A stretch of DNA of 64,000 nt. It comes from Bacteroidales bacterium. GTDB taxonomy: Bacteria; Bacteroidota; Bacteroidia; Bacteroidales; UBA10428. The stretch spans positions 1,095 to 65,094 of the forward strand of contig JAMIIA010000116.1 in assembly GCA_035913795.1 (NCBI GenBank). Direction: 5' to 3'. Positions 49,365 to 58,996 of the stretch are shown here, piece by piece. Within the stretch, counting starts at the first letter, position 1. The number at the start of each line of letters is the position of its first letter. The translations under genes were made by a program, and so were the position numbers. Under the pieces are notes generated by a model, which made no database searches, had not been told where the DNA came from, and saw only the letters and a list, made by a program, of their open reading frames with translations.

Positions 49365-49544
49365 TGTCAAATGGTGTTTTTGCCCTCCTCCTCAAGAATA
49401 GCGGGTAAAATTGAGTAAAAGCACTCTGCTTTTTGTTTTTAATACTTATTCAAACATTGAATTAACCGAGTAATCTTATCTCAGGAATGCTTTTTTGAAT
49501 AACTTTAAAGTTCAACCTACAAGAAACTATTTAAAGAATTAACC

Positions 49545-49799
49545 ATGAAACCAGGAAATTCATTCATAACCGGACTGTTAGCCGGAGCATTAGTTGGTGG
49601 AGTGATTGCTTTGCTTTACGCCCCAAAAAGCGGTAAAGAAACACGCGAACAAATCAAGCGAAAACTTGCAGATCTTGAAGCAGAATTTGAGACTCTAAAA
49701 GAAAAAGCTGCGGGCAAATCGGAACAAATCAGAAAAGACATAGAGGCCAAGCTAGCTGAGTTACGTAAAGACCTGGAAGCATTTTCCAGCAACAATTAA
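49545..49799 (+). CDS. YtxH-domain protein
   Basis: 84-aa ORF with 'GLLAGALVGGVIALLYAPKSGKETREQI'. Confidence 0.8.
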   Translation: MKPGNSFITGLLAGALVGGVIALLYAPKSGKETREQIKRKLADLEAEFETLKEKAAGKSEQIRKDIEAKLAELRKDLEAFSSNN

Positions 49800-49815
49800 T
49801 CAAATAAACTACATC

Positions 49816-50175
49816 ATGTTTGAAGATATCGATACCCTTAAAAAAAATCTTCAGGAATATATTGAACTAAAATTAGATTTGATACGGCTGCACATTGCCG
49901 AAAATCTATCGAAAATATTTACTACAGCTGCTAGCCTGGCTGTTATCGGGTATTTGCTGTTTTTTATTATACTGTTTCTTTCGCTGGCTGCCGGCTTTTT
50001 TATTTCGAGCCGTTTAGATTCGTATGAACTTGGATTTTTAAGCGTGGCTTTGTTTTATGTGTTTGTACTCATTGCATTTATTATTCTAAAAAAACACTTT
50101 ATTGAACGTCCAATTATAAAGGCTATGATTAAATTGTTTTTTCCAATATTTACCGACAATGAAAAGAAGAGTTGA
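49816..50175 (+). CDS. Small membrane protein (two TM helices; the holin-X/DUF1469-like class that often follows YtxH)
   Basis: 119-aa ORF with two clear hydrophobic helices. The family call is from memory only. Confidence 0.5.
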   Translation: MFEDIDTLKKNLQEYIELKLDLIRLHIAENLSKIFTTAASLAVIGYLLFFIILFLSLAAGFFISSRLDSYELGFLSVALFYVFVLIAFIILKKHFIERPIIKAMIKLFFPIFTDNEKKS

Positions 50176-50395
50176 CCATCGGTACTCCGATATAACTTCG
50201 TTCGAAGATTTTCGAATAGAAAAAGAGCGACTAATACTACAGACTAAGATTATTGAGATGAACCTGAATTTTACGTATTTGAAAATCCGTAATTTTTTCT
50301 CCATTTCAAATGCACTTTATGCAATTGGGCAGGAATTTATTATGCCTAAAATAACCGGCTTTTTTAACGATCTTTTAAAAAAGGCTGACAAATAG
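50159..50395 (+). CDS. Hypothetical small protein
   Basis: 78-aa ATG ORF that overlaps the previous gene by 17 nt and is co-directional with it. Confidence 0.4.
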   Translation: MKRRVDHRYSDITSFEDFRIEKERLILQTKIIEMNLNFTYLKIRNFFSISNALYAIGQEFIMPKITGFFNDLLKKADK

Positions 50396-50445
50396 CCATT
50401 TGTAGCCAAAGACAAATATCAGCTTATATTAGCTGCTGGTATTCC

Positions 50446-51519
50446 TTACTCCCTTTTAGCTTCAACGCTTTTCTCATTGTCTGTATTAACCCATTCGTTA
50501 TAAAGCTTATATCCCAAAGACATAACGATTGCTCCGGTAAACAGACCAATAAAACCGGAAATAATGAAGCCTCCAATCACTCCGATAAAAATTACAAGCA
50601 TAGGCACAGGGGCCCCTTTGCCAAGCAATATTGGCCTTAAGATATTGTCTGATGTCCCTACAATCATTAATAAAACTGTCCAGACTATAGCTGGTCCCGT
50701 ATCTTTTACTGCAAATAAATATAGGATGATAGGCACTGTGATGATGAACAAAGGTATTTGTAGGATAGCAAGAACAAAAATGAACAATGTCAATATACCA
50801 GCATAAGGAATGTCGGCAGCCACTAATAATATCCCATCCAATAATGCCAATATCAGGGCCACACCAATAATTCCCTTCACGACATTGCTCACCGTTTTTA
50901 TTATTAAATCAGCAAATTCATCGCCTCTGTCACCGGCTACCTTTCTGAAGAGTTTCCGGATTTCTTCTCCAGCCTGATTATAGACTAATAAAAAACCTGC
51001 GATAATTAAAGATATAATGATTTGCAGTGCACCACTGGTAGTACTCAAAATTCCTTTTGCTAAAAGGCTTCCGAACTGCAATAACTGGTCCTGATATTTA
51101 ATAAGGGTTTGTTCAATGTTCTCCGAGCTTGATTGCCATCTTTCATAAAGCTTTTCGCCGATTATTGGCCATTCCTTAACTTTTTCGGTTGGTGGTGGAA
51201 TAGTTAAACTCCCGTTATCAAAGCTTTCTTTTAATATTTTTATTTCATCGATAAGTGCACTGGTTAAAAAGTAGCTGGGAATAACCACAATGGCTAAAAT
51301 GGACGTAATGATTATAACCGAAGCTAGCTTTGGCTTTCCTCCCATTTTCGTGGAGAGCTTGTTGTGAAGCGGGAACAATGCCAGGGAAAGTATAAGGCTC
51401 CAAAGTATTACGCTCACAAAAGGGTACATGAGTAGCAGACACCAGCTAATAATTAATATAATTATGAACAGTCTGATTGTGGTATCATACACCGAGATTT
51501 CCGCCTTTTTATTATTCAT
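50446..51519 (-). CDS. AI-2E family transporter (PerM-like)
   Basis: A polytopic ORF of roughly eight TM helices with 'ILRPILLGKGAPVPMLVIFIGVIGG'. I place the start at the ATG at 51519. The track start 51552 is a GTG. Confidence 0.8.
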   Translation of the reverse strand: MNNKKAEISVYDTTIRLFIIILIISWCLLLMYPFVSVILWSLILSLALFPLHNKLSTKMGGKPKLASVIIITSILAIVVIPSYFLTSALIDEIKILKESFDNGSLTIPPPTEKVKEWPIIGEKLYERWQSSSENIEQTLIKYQDQLLQFGSLLAKGILSTTSGALQIIISLIIAGFLLVYNQAGEEIRKLFRKVAGDRGDEFADLIIKTVSNVVKGIIGVALILALLDGILLVAADIPYAGILTLFIFVLAILQIPLFIITVPIILYLFAVKDTGPAIVWTVLLMIVGTSDNILRPILLGKGAPVPMLVIFIGVIGGFIISGFIGLFTGAIVMSLGYKLYNEWVNTDNEKSVEAKRE

Positions 51520-51811
51520 TTTGTAGCTGTGTTTTTTTGTGGGAACGAGCACCGGCTCTATTCATGCTCTTGCCGCATAAAGATATTAAAAATGGTCGAA
51601 GGCTAGCTATGCACCAATCTTATTACTCTTTAAAAAACGCGTTAACTTAAAGTACCATGCTGCTTTTAGTTTTAAAAGTTTGGTACAAAAGGTAAGTCAT
51701 CTTTGATTTAAACAAAATTCGTCCAGAAGTTTAGAGCTTTCAATCGCTCCACTTGCAAGAATTCCATCGCATGGATTCTATGCTAACAAGGAACAATGCG
51801 TTCAGCCAGAG

Positions 51812-52621
51812 TTAATTAAAATAGTCTGAGAAGGGTTCGCAATTGTTGAAATATTGATGAGGGGTCAGGCCAGATAATTTCTGAAAATCATTTATCATGT
51901 GCGCCTGATCATAATAACCACATTGGTAGGTTAAATCGGTAAGATTTATGCTTTTATCTTTTGATTTTCTATCTATTGCATGTTGAAACCGAATAATTCT
52001 TAAGAATTGCTTTGGAGAAGTTCCAATGATGTTTGAAAAATTTCTTTCAAACTGTTTTCGGCTATAACAGGCTTCTAAAGCCAATTCATGAATTCCAAAA
52101 TGCCCTTTCGATTGATTAATTTTATTAATGCAGCTATTAATTCTTTCGAAGGAATAGTTTAGTGCTTTATTTTTCAGAATTCTTAAAAAGCATTCTTCTA
52201 CAATAGCAATTCTTTCTGCAAACGTTTTGGCTTCAGCAATTTTAGTTTCTATCTCATCTACATCATTTTTAAATATCAACCGGAGCGGAACATTCTGATC
52301 GTACAGTTCCTGCACTGGCATATCGATAAAAGCCGATAACCCATGGGGTTGAAAGATGATTGAAAACAGTGAAATTTTTCCGGTTATTTTAAGCTCGTAA
52401 TATTCTTTTAGCTGACCTGTTATTAAGGTGAAATCGTTAATGGATTTGTTTCTGCTGTCTGAAGTTGGCTTATTGTCGATATAAAAGATTAGTTCCAATA
52501 ATCCGCTCGGAACAATGCGCTGAATGTGCTCCTTACCATTCGGAATGCAATTTTCTAAGGTCCAATAGTGCTTAATGAACCTGGATAATTGAACCGATGG
52601 TTTGGCGATATTATAAAACAT
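51812..52621 (-). CDS. AraC-family transcriptional regulator
   Basis: 269-aa ORF with the C-terminal HTH pair 'ELALEACYSRKQFERNF...GTSPKQFLRIIRFQHA...DLTYQCGYYDQAHMINDFQKLSGLTPHQY'. Confidence 0.85.
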   Translation of the reverse strand: MFYNIAKPSVQLSRFIKHYWTLENCIPNGKEHIQRIVPSGLLELIFYIDNKPTSDSRNKSINDFTLITGQLKEYYELKITGKISLFSIIFQPHGLSAFIDMPVQELYDQNVPLRLIFKNDVDEIETKIAEAKTFAERIAIVEECFLRILKNKALNYSFERINSCINKINQSKGHFGIHELALEACYSRKQFERNFSNIIGTSPKQFLRIIRFQHAIDRKSKDKSINLTDLTYQCGYYDQAHMINDFQKLSGLTPHQYFNNCEPFSDYFN

Positions 52622-52707
52622 TGCTTGTTAAACTGAAATTCAAATTTAGAATTTTAAAGATAGATTATGGCTTAGTTTTTCTAAACCATAATCTATTCAG
52701 TAAGCTG

Positions 52708-53067
52708 CTATTGATCCCCATAAAGTCCCACCTTGTTTCCTTCGCAATCGATAAAAATTGCAAAGTAACCTCTGCCATCAGCTTCAATCTTAGTTTTTGG
52801 TTGAACAATGCTGCCACCATTGGCCTTTATTCTTTCAATTGCTCCTTCCAGGTCTTTTTCTGCATTAAAGCTTACTAATGCACCATCTTTACCCGGTTTA
52901 AAGTTTGGCGCAAAAGAAATAGCGCCTTCACCACCCGGAAAACAAGCCATTTTTTCTTCGCCAAAATCAAGTGCTTGCAAGTCCATTCTTAAAACTGCGT
53001 TGTAAAATCTTACAGCCCGCTTAAAATCTACTGTTGGGATTTCTACCCAGGAAATTAGTTTTGTCAT
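52708..53067 (-). CDS. VOC (glyoxalase/bleomycin-resistance) family protein
   Basis: 119-aa ORF with 'ISWVEIPTVDFKRAVRFYNAVL' and 'GYFAIFIDCEGNKVGLY'. Confidence 0.8.
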   Translation of the reverse strand: MTKLISWVEIPTVDFKRAVRFYNAVLRMDLQALDFGEEKMACFPGGEGAISFAPNFKPGKDGALVSFNAEKDLEGAIERIKANGGSIVQPKTKIEADGRGYFAIFIDCEGNKVGLYGDQ

Positions 53068-53230
53068 TGTTTTTCTTTTTTAGTAATTAAAAAGTTTACT
53101 CAGTAAAAGTAATTTCACGAAAACTCTCAAAATTGGAAAATCGCGACATTCTGAGGGTTGATACCCATTTTAGATAGAAAGTAAAAAAGATTAACACACC
53201 GCATTGGCTGCCGATTAATGGCTAACACCT

Positions 53231-53536
53231 TCAATCGGTTGCTTGCTGCAATTGTTTCGTCAAAAATATTACTACCACAGAGGCTTCGAGCGAAGTAAAC
53301 ACCTGGTAACCATCGTTATCTGTTACAAAGATATGAAAATGATACTCTTCGATATTTGTGTTAGTGAAAATTGTATTGGAATAATAATCGATGTTTCGAA
53401 GGCTAACGCTTGACGAGCTGCCCACCCATTGTATATTGCTTTTTCCGATAAAGGAAACTTCACCAGTGATACCCGAAGTAAATAGCACATGCGGGAATTG
53501 GTAAAACAAATTTTCCTTTCGCCTCGGAAATTGCAC
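53231..53536 (-). CDS. Hypothetical protein (weak call)
   Basis: The only ORF of at least 60 aa in a 670-nt gap. No motif recognised. Confidence 0.25.
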   Translation of the reverse strand: MQFPRRKENLFYQFPHVLFTSGITGEVSFIGKSNIQWVGSSSSVSLRNIDYYSNTIFTNTNIEEYHFHIFVTDNDGYQVFTSLEASVVVIFLTKQLQQATD

Positions 53537-53739
53537 CTTTTTTTTTGTGATAAATTAGATTAGTACCCACAAAGGGAGTATGGTATTTGTCGTAAACAAA
53601 TCCTTCGATCTATTTCTAACCACTTACCAGATCATAAACACTAAAAAAAAGAAAGAAACAACCAATGTCGTTTTGCTATTATATGCCTCGTACTTCGGGT
53701 TGCCTTTTTTCAATTTAGATTACTAAAAGTTTAAAAAAA

Positions 53740-54141
53740 TCAATCCGCCCTTGTCATAGTAAGTTTACCATGATGAATGCCTTTGACTGCAATAAGCTTA
53801 TCGGCCAATTCGGTAAGTACCGAAGCTTTTCCTTTCACGGCAATAATCTCCAGGCAATTGTCGTGGTTTAAATGAAAATGTTGAGAAGAAAGTATCTCAT
53901 GAAAATAGCGATGCTGAACCTTGGTGAGATTCTTTTGTAAATCGTTTTTATGATGATCGTAAACCAAGGTAATTGACCCAGCCACAATGTTGTCGCATTG
54001 CCACTTTTTGTTGGCCAGGTTGTTTTTGATAAGGTTGCGGATAGCCTGCGAACGGTTTGTAAAATGATTTTCTTCTGCAAATGCATCAAGCGCTTCGAGT
54101 AATTCTTTTTCGAGCGATACACCAAACCGAACAACAGACAT
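53740..54141 (-). CDS. nikR: Nickel-responsive transcriptional regulator NikR
   Basis: 133-aa ORF with the ribbon-helix-helix 'RFGVSLEKELLEALDAFAEENHFTNRSQAIRNLI' and the C-terminal Ni-site string 'HFHLNHDNCLEI'. Confidence 0.85.
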   Translation of the reverse strand: MSVVRFGVSLEKELLEALDAFAEENHFTNRSQAIRNLIKNNLANKKWQCDNIVAGSITLVYDHHKNDLQKNLTKVQHRYFHEILSSQHFHLNHDNCLEIIAVKGKASVLTELADKLIAVKGIHHGKLTMTRAD

Positions 54142-54355
54142 AAGCGTGCTACTAATTTAAGATTTTGTGCGATATCGGGTAAATTTATAAAAAAATACAC
54201 AATACCAAATTGCTAAAATTATTAGTACAAAAACTATGGAGGGCCTATCTGGAGAATACACATGAAACATAATACTTTCGTCGCTAGCCAAAACAAAATT
54301 TTTCGATTAAATTAACAAGCTGAAATCTGCTACAATCTCCCTAAAGCAAATAACT

Positions 54356-55802
54356 ATGACAGCCATGAAAATGAAAATACTGCTACTTTGCGCAAGTCTG
54401 CTATTAATCTCACGGCTTACTGCACAAGATGGCCACTACTGGACGCAACAGTATGGAACCCGTTCGATGCTTTTAAACGGATCGGTTATAGGAGGTGTAG
54501 AAGACCTTGGGGCGGTTTATTATAACCCTGCCCGCCTTAGCCAGATCGATAACCCTGTTTTTTTTGATAAGTGCCGATGTGTATGAAGTAACACGCATTA
54601 AGGTTAGCGACGCCTTTGGCGAAGATAAAAATGCTGCCAAACAAGAAGTAAAAGGTGTACCCAGCCTGGCTGCAGGTACATTTAAAGTTCCCTGGCTTAA
54701 AAAGCATAGCTTTGCATGGGCTATTTTGGTGCGAAACAATTCCGACCTTAGTTTTTCTTATGGCAACGAGGTTTACGACGATGTGATCGAAGCCTTTCCG
54801 GGAAAAGAATACCTTGGTGCCCAATTGTCCGTTACGGTAAAAGGAAACGAACAATGGACAGGGTTCTCATGGGCCTATCCGCTTACCGACAGGCTTAGCA
54901 TTGGTGCTTCGGGGTATCTATCACTTTACACCCAATCCAAAGGTCTAAAACTAGACCTGCAAGCTCTCTCCGACAGCAAGCAAACGGCTATTTACAAGTA
55001 TAACAGAAGTATGAACCTCGAACAATACAGCCTGTTAGGAAAATTTGGCCTTGCCTATAGGGCAGACCAATTTCTTGCCGGATTTACATTCTTATCTCCC
55101 TCTCTTTTTCTTAAAGGTAAAGGATCTTACCAATATGAGCAGTTATTTAGTGGAATAGAGGGCTACTCAATAAACGACGATGTGTATACCACCAACTCGC
55201 AAAGCAACCTACAATCGCGATACAAATCGACAATGGCCATTGGAGCAGGCATTACTTACTTCGTTGGAAAAAGCAAATTGCATCTTAGTTCCGAATGGTT
55301 TAATGGTTTACCAAAGTACACCCTCTACGAAGCTTCGGACCATTACAGCCAGAGCAACGGCGACACTATAGGCTTTAAACTGGTTGATGAGCTGAAAGCA
55401 GTGATTAATGTAGGTTTTGGAGTTGAATATTATATCAACGATAAAATATCGGGTTACCTAAGTGCCAGCACCGATTATTCGCCCGTAACCTCAAATCTTT
55501 CTCGCTTTGTTACAAACGAATCTGAAGTAAGCAATAACACATCAACTGCCAATTATTTTCATTATGGAGGGGGAATTGTATTGCATCTCAACGGAGCCGA
55601 TATTACTTTGGGGGCCAATTATATGGGTGCTAAACAAGAATTCGCCCGACCAATCAATTTTCCCGACGATGGAACGGATGATATATTGGATACCAGCCAG
55701 ACCGGAACTTTTGAATGGGACCGCCTGCATGTTGTGTTTAGTTTTTCGCTCCCCTTCTTAAAAGATGTTCAAACAAAAGTAGAGGATAAACTAGGTTTTT
55801 AA
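54356..55802 (+). pseudogene. Outer-membrane beta-barrel gene interrupted by a +1 frameshift in a T8 homopolymer
   Basis: ORF 54356-54586 (signal peptide MKMKILLLCASLLLISRLTAQ...YYNPARLSQIDNPVFF) and ORF 54507-55802 overlap in different frames. Removing one T from the run at 54558-54565 joins them into one protein of about 481 aa (...NPVFLISADVYEV...). Confidence 0.7.
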
Positions 55803-56046
55803 AAACAATTAACTTCGCATTTACAGTTCTAAAAATTTCAATTGTTCACAGGCAGTTGCGCTATCCGGCCATATTATTTTCATGCCAGAGCAAGCGTTTA
55901 ATTGTTGAAATCTTTCTTCATTTAGAATTAGTATAAATTCCTGTTTCAGTTAGGCTGATAATCATTTTTTGCTACATTTGAACTTCTCATGCGCAATAGC
56001 ATAGCAAGTAAGCGTATATGTATAATCTAAATAAAACCGTTAAAAT

Positions 56047-58755
56047 ATGTCGAATGTAAAACGTGTGTACAGCTTCGGTAATAAGAAAGCCGAAGGAAAA
56101 GCAGACATGAAAAACCTGCTTGGTGGAAAAGGTGCCAACCTGGCCGAAATGAACCTGATCGGGATCCCCGTGCCTCCTGGCTTTACCATTACCACAGATA
56201 CCTGTACAGAATACAATCAGCTTGGAAAAGAAAAAGTAGTTGCCCTGCTTAAAAGTGAAGTGGAAGCAGCCATGAAGAGTGTAGAGCAAATAATGGGAAT
56301 GGGCTTCGGCTCGAAAGAAAACCCTTTGCTCATGTCGGTGCGATCAGGTGCCCGCGTATCGATGCCCGGTATGATGGACACAGTTCTTAACCTTGGAATG
56401 AATGATGAAGCAGTAGCTGCTATCGCCAAAAAAACCGGCAACGAACGTTTTGCCTGGGACTCATACCGTCGTTTTGTACAAATGTATGGCGATGTTGTAT
56501 TAGGCATGAAACCCGAATCGAAAGAAGATATTGACCCTTTCGAGGAAATTATGGAAGAAATAAAAGAAGAAAGAGGGGTAATGAACGATACTGACCTTGA
56601 AGTAGAAGACCTTAAAAAGTTAGTAGCGAAATTCAAGACAGCCGTTAAAAAGGTGACAGGTCACGATTTTCCTGCCGATCCATGGGAGCAACTTTGGGGC
56701 TCGGTGTGCGCTGTATTCGATAGCTGGATGAACCCACGCGCTAAATATTATCGTGCAATGAGTCAGATTCCTGAAGAATGGGGCACAGCAGTAAACGTTC
56801 AAGCCATGGTTTTTGGCAATATGGGTAGCAACTCCGGAACAGGTGTAGCATTTACCCGCGATGCTGCCACTGGCGAAGATGTGTTTAATGGAGAATACCT
56901 TATTAATGCGCAAGGCGAAGACGTTGTTGCAGGTGTTAGAACCCCGCAGCAGATTACCAAAGCTGGCTCGCTTCAATGGGCTCAGTTGGCTGGCATTTCT
57001 GAAAAAGACAGGGCAACCAAATATCCTTCGCTCGAAGAGGCTATGCCTGCAGCATACAAAGAACTCGACGAAACGCAAGAATTGCTCGAAAAATACTTCA
57101 AAGACATGCAGGACCTTGAATTTACCATTCAGGATGGCAAACTCTGGATGCTACAAACACGCAACGGTAAACGTACTGCAGCAGCTATGGTAAAAATTGC
57201 CATGGATATGCTTAAGCAAGGTATGATTGATGAAAAAGCAGCCCTTCTGCGTCAGCAACCAAACAAACTCGATGAATTACTTCACCCGGTATTCGATAAG
57301 TCGGCTATCAAAGCTGCCAATGTGTTGGCAAAGGGATTGCCCGCCTCGCCAGGTGCCGCTACTGGCCAGCTGGTGTTCCACGCCGATGAGGCATCGAAAT
57401 TTCCGGTAACCATATTGGCCCGTATCGAAACTTCGCCAGAAGACCTTGAAGGAATGGATATTGCCAAAGGAATTCTTACTGCCCGTGGTGGTATGACCTC
57501 GCACGCGGCGGTTGTAGCCCGCGGTATGGGCAAATGCTGCGTATCGGGTGCCGGAGAATGTAAAATAGATGGAAAAGCCCGCACACTAACCGCCAAAGGC
57601 AAGATATTCAAAGAAGGCGATTGGATTTCGCTTAACGGCTCAACCGGTGAGGTATACGAAGGCAAGATTAAAACTATCGATCCTGAGTTGAGTGGCGATT
57701 TTGGCGAAATTATGGTACTGGCCGATAAATACCGTAAAATTGATGTACGTGCCAACGCTGAAACTGAGCGCGATTGCAAAGTTGCACGCGAATTTGGTGC
57801 TCAGGGTATCGGACTTTGCCGCACCGAGCACATGTTTTTCGAAGGAGAACGACTTGTGCGTATGCGCGAAATGATACTGGCCGAAGATGAAGCTGGTCGT
57901 CGTGCTGCTCTTGCCAAACTTCTTCCTATTCAGCGTCAGGACTTTGCCGATGTTTTCAAAGCTATGGCAGGCCTGCCCGTAACCATACGGCTTCTCGATC
58001 CACCTCTGCATGAGTTTGTTCCTCACGAAGAACAAAACCAAAAAGAAATGGCCAAAGAAATGGGCGTTTCAGTAGAACTAATTAAGAAAAAAGTAGAAGA
58101 CCTGCACGAGTTTAATCCTATGCTGGGCCACCGTGGCTGCCGCTTAGGAAATACTTATCCTGAAATTACCGAAATGCAGGCCCGCGCTATTATCGAAGCA
58201 GCGCTCGACCTGAAAAAACAAGGTATTACCACCTTCCCCGAAATAATGATTCCTTTGGTAGGCATGGTAAAAGAACTGAAAATGCAGGAAGATATCGTGC
58301 GTAAAACCATCGACAAGGTTTTTGAAGAAAGAAAAGATAAAATCGAATACATGGTAGGTACGATGATTGAAATTCCACGTGCGGCAATTATTGCTGATAA
58401 GATTGCCGAAGTAGCCGAATTTTTCTCTTTTGGCACCAACGACCTTACTCAGATGGGTTTTGGATTTTCACGCGACGATGCCGGAAAATTCCTTCCTATC
58501 TATATCGAAAAAGGTATTCTGAAAACCGATCCATTCCAGGTTCTCGACCAGGAAGGAATTGGACAGCTTATCGAAATGGGAATACAAAAAGGTCGCAGCA
58601 CCCGCAACAAACTAAAAGTGGGTATTTGTGGCGAGCACGGTGGTGAACCAAGTTCGGTTGAGTTTTGCGTGCGTGCCGGAATGAACTATGTTTCCTGTTC
58701 ACCTTTCCGCATTCCAATTGCCCGGCTGGCCGCAGCACAAGCTGCATTGCGCTAA
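56047..58755 (+). CDS. ppdK: Pyruvate, phosphate dikinase
   Basis: 902-aa ORF with 'LLGGKGANLAEM', the phospho-His site 'GGMTSHAAVVARGMGK', 'CRTEHMFF' and 'CGEHGGEPSS'. Confidence 0.95.
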   Translation: MSNVKRVYSFGNKKAEGKADMKNLLGGKGANLAEMNLIGIPVPPGFTITTDTCTEYNQLGKEKVVALLKSEVEAAMKSVEQIMGMGFGSKENPLLMSVRSGARVSMPGMMDTVLNLGMNDEAVAAIAKKTGNERFAWDSYRRFVQMYGDVVLGMKPESKEDIDPFEEIMEEIKEERGVMNDTDLEVEDLKKLVAKFKTAVKKVTGHDFPADPWEQLWGSVCAVFDSWMNPRAKYYRAMSQIPEEWGTAVNVQAMVFGNMGSNSGTGVAFTRDAATGEDVFNGEYLINAQGEDVVAGVRTPQQITKAGSLQWAQLAGISEKDRATKYPSLEEAMPAAYKELDETQELLEKYFKDMQDLEFTIQDGKLWMLQTRNGKRTAAAMVKIAMDMLKQGMIDEKAALLRQQPNKLDELLHPVFDKSAIKAANVLAKGLPASPGAATGQLVFHADEASKFPVTILARIETSPEDLEGMDIAKGILTARGGMTSHAAVVARGMGKCCVSGAGECKIDGKARTLTAKGKIFKEGDWISLNGSTGEVYEGKIKTIDPELSGDFGEIMVLADKYRKIDVRANAETERDCKVAREFGAQGIGLCRTEHMFFEGERLVRMREMILAEDEAGRRAALAKLLPIQRQDFADVFKAMAGLPVTIRLLDPPLHEFVPHEEQNQKEMAKEMGVSVELIKKKVEDLHEFNPMLGHRGCRLGNTYPEITEMQARAIIEAALDLKKQGITTFPEIMIPLVGMVKELKMQEDIVRKTIDKVFEERKDKIEYMVGTMIEIPRAAIIADKIAEVAEFFSFGTNDLTQMGFGFSRDDAGKFLPIYIEKGILKTDPFQVLDQEGIGQLIEMGIQKGRSTRNKLKVGICGEHGGEPSSVEFCVRAGMNYVSCSPFRIPIARLAAAQAALR

Positions 58756-58782
58756 GCACCTAAATTACATTATATAATGCAA

Positions 58783-58814
58783 AAGGCCTCTTCCTTTGGG
58801 AAGGGGCTTTTTTA
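58783..58814 (+). terminator. Intrinsic terminator after ppdK
   Basis: Stem aaggcctcttcc/ggaaggggcttt with loop tttg, followed by a T-run. Confidence 0.7.
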
Positions 58815-58996
58815 TATCGTAAAATGAAAACTCAGACAAGCCAAAAGGCTTATCTGTTTTTTTCAATTTAAAAGAATCAATTGAAGAGTAAGAATAAGTT
58901 GAACTTTCTAACTTAAAACAATACCTGTTTTTTATACAGTCAGAAAACGAATTTAGGATTCGTAAAAATATTTACTCATAAGCTACAGGAAATGAT

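Noticed and set aside
54150-54227. 7-bp inverted repeat TACTAAT…ATTAGTA in the nikR/porin intergenic region, considered as a NikR operator or invertible-promoter boundary
   Set aside because: The arms are only 7 bp and 64 nt apart. That fits neither the known NikR operator geometries (short half-sites separated by about 11-16 nt) nor the 10-30-bp repeats of invertase switches. It is expected by chance in AT-rich DNA.
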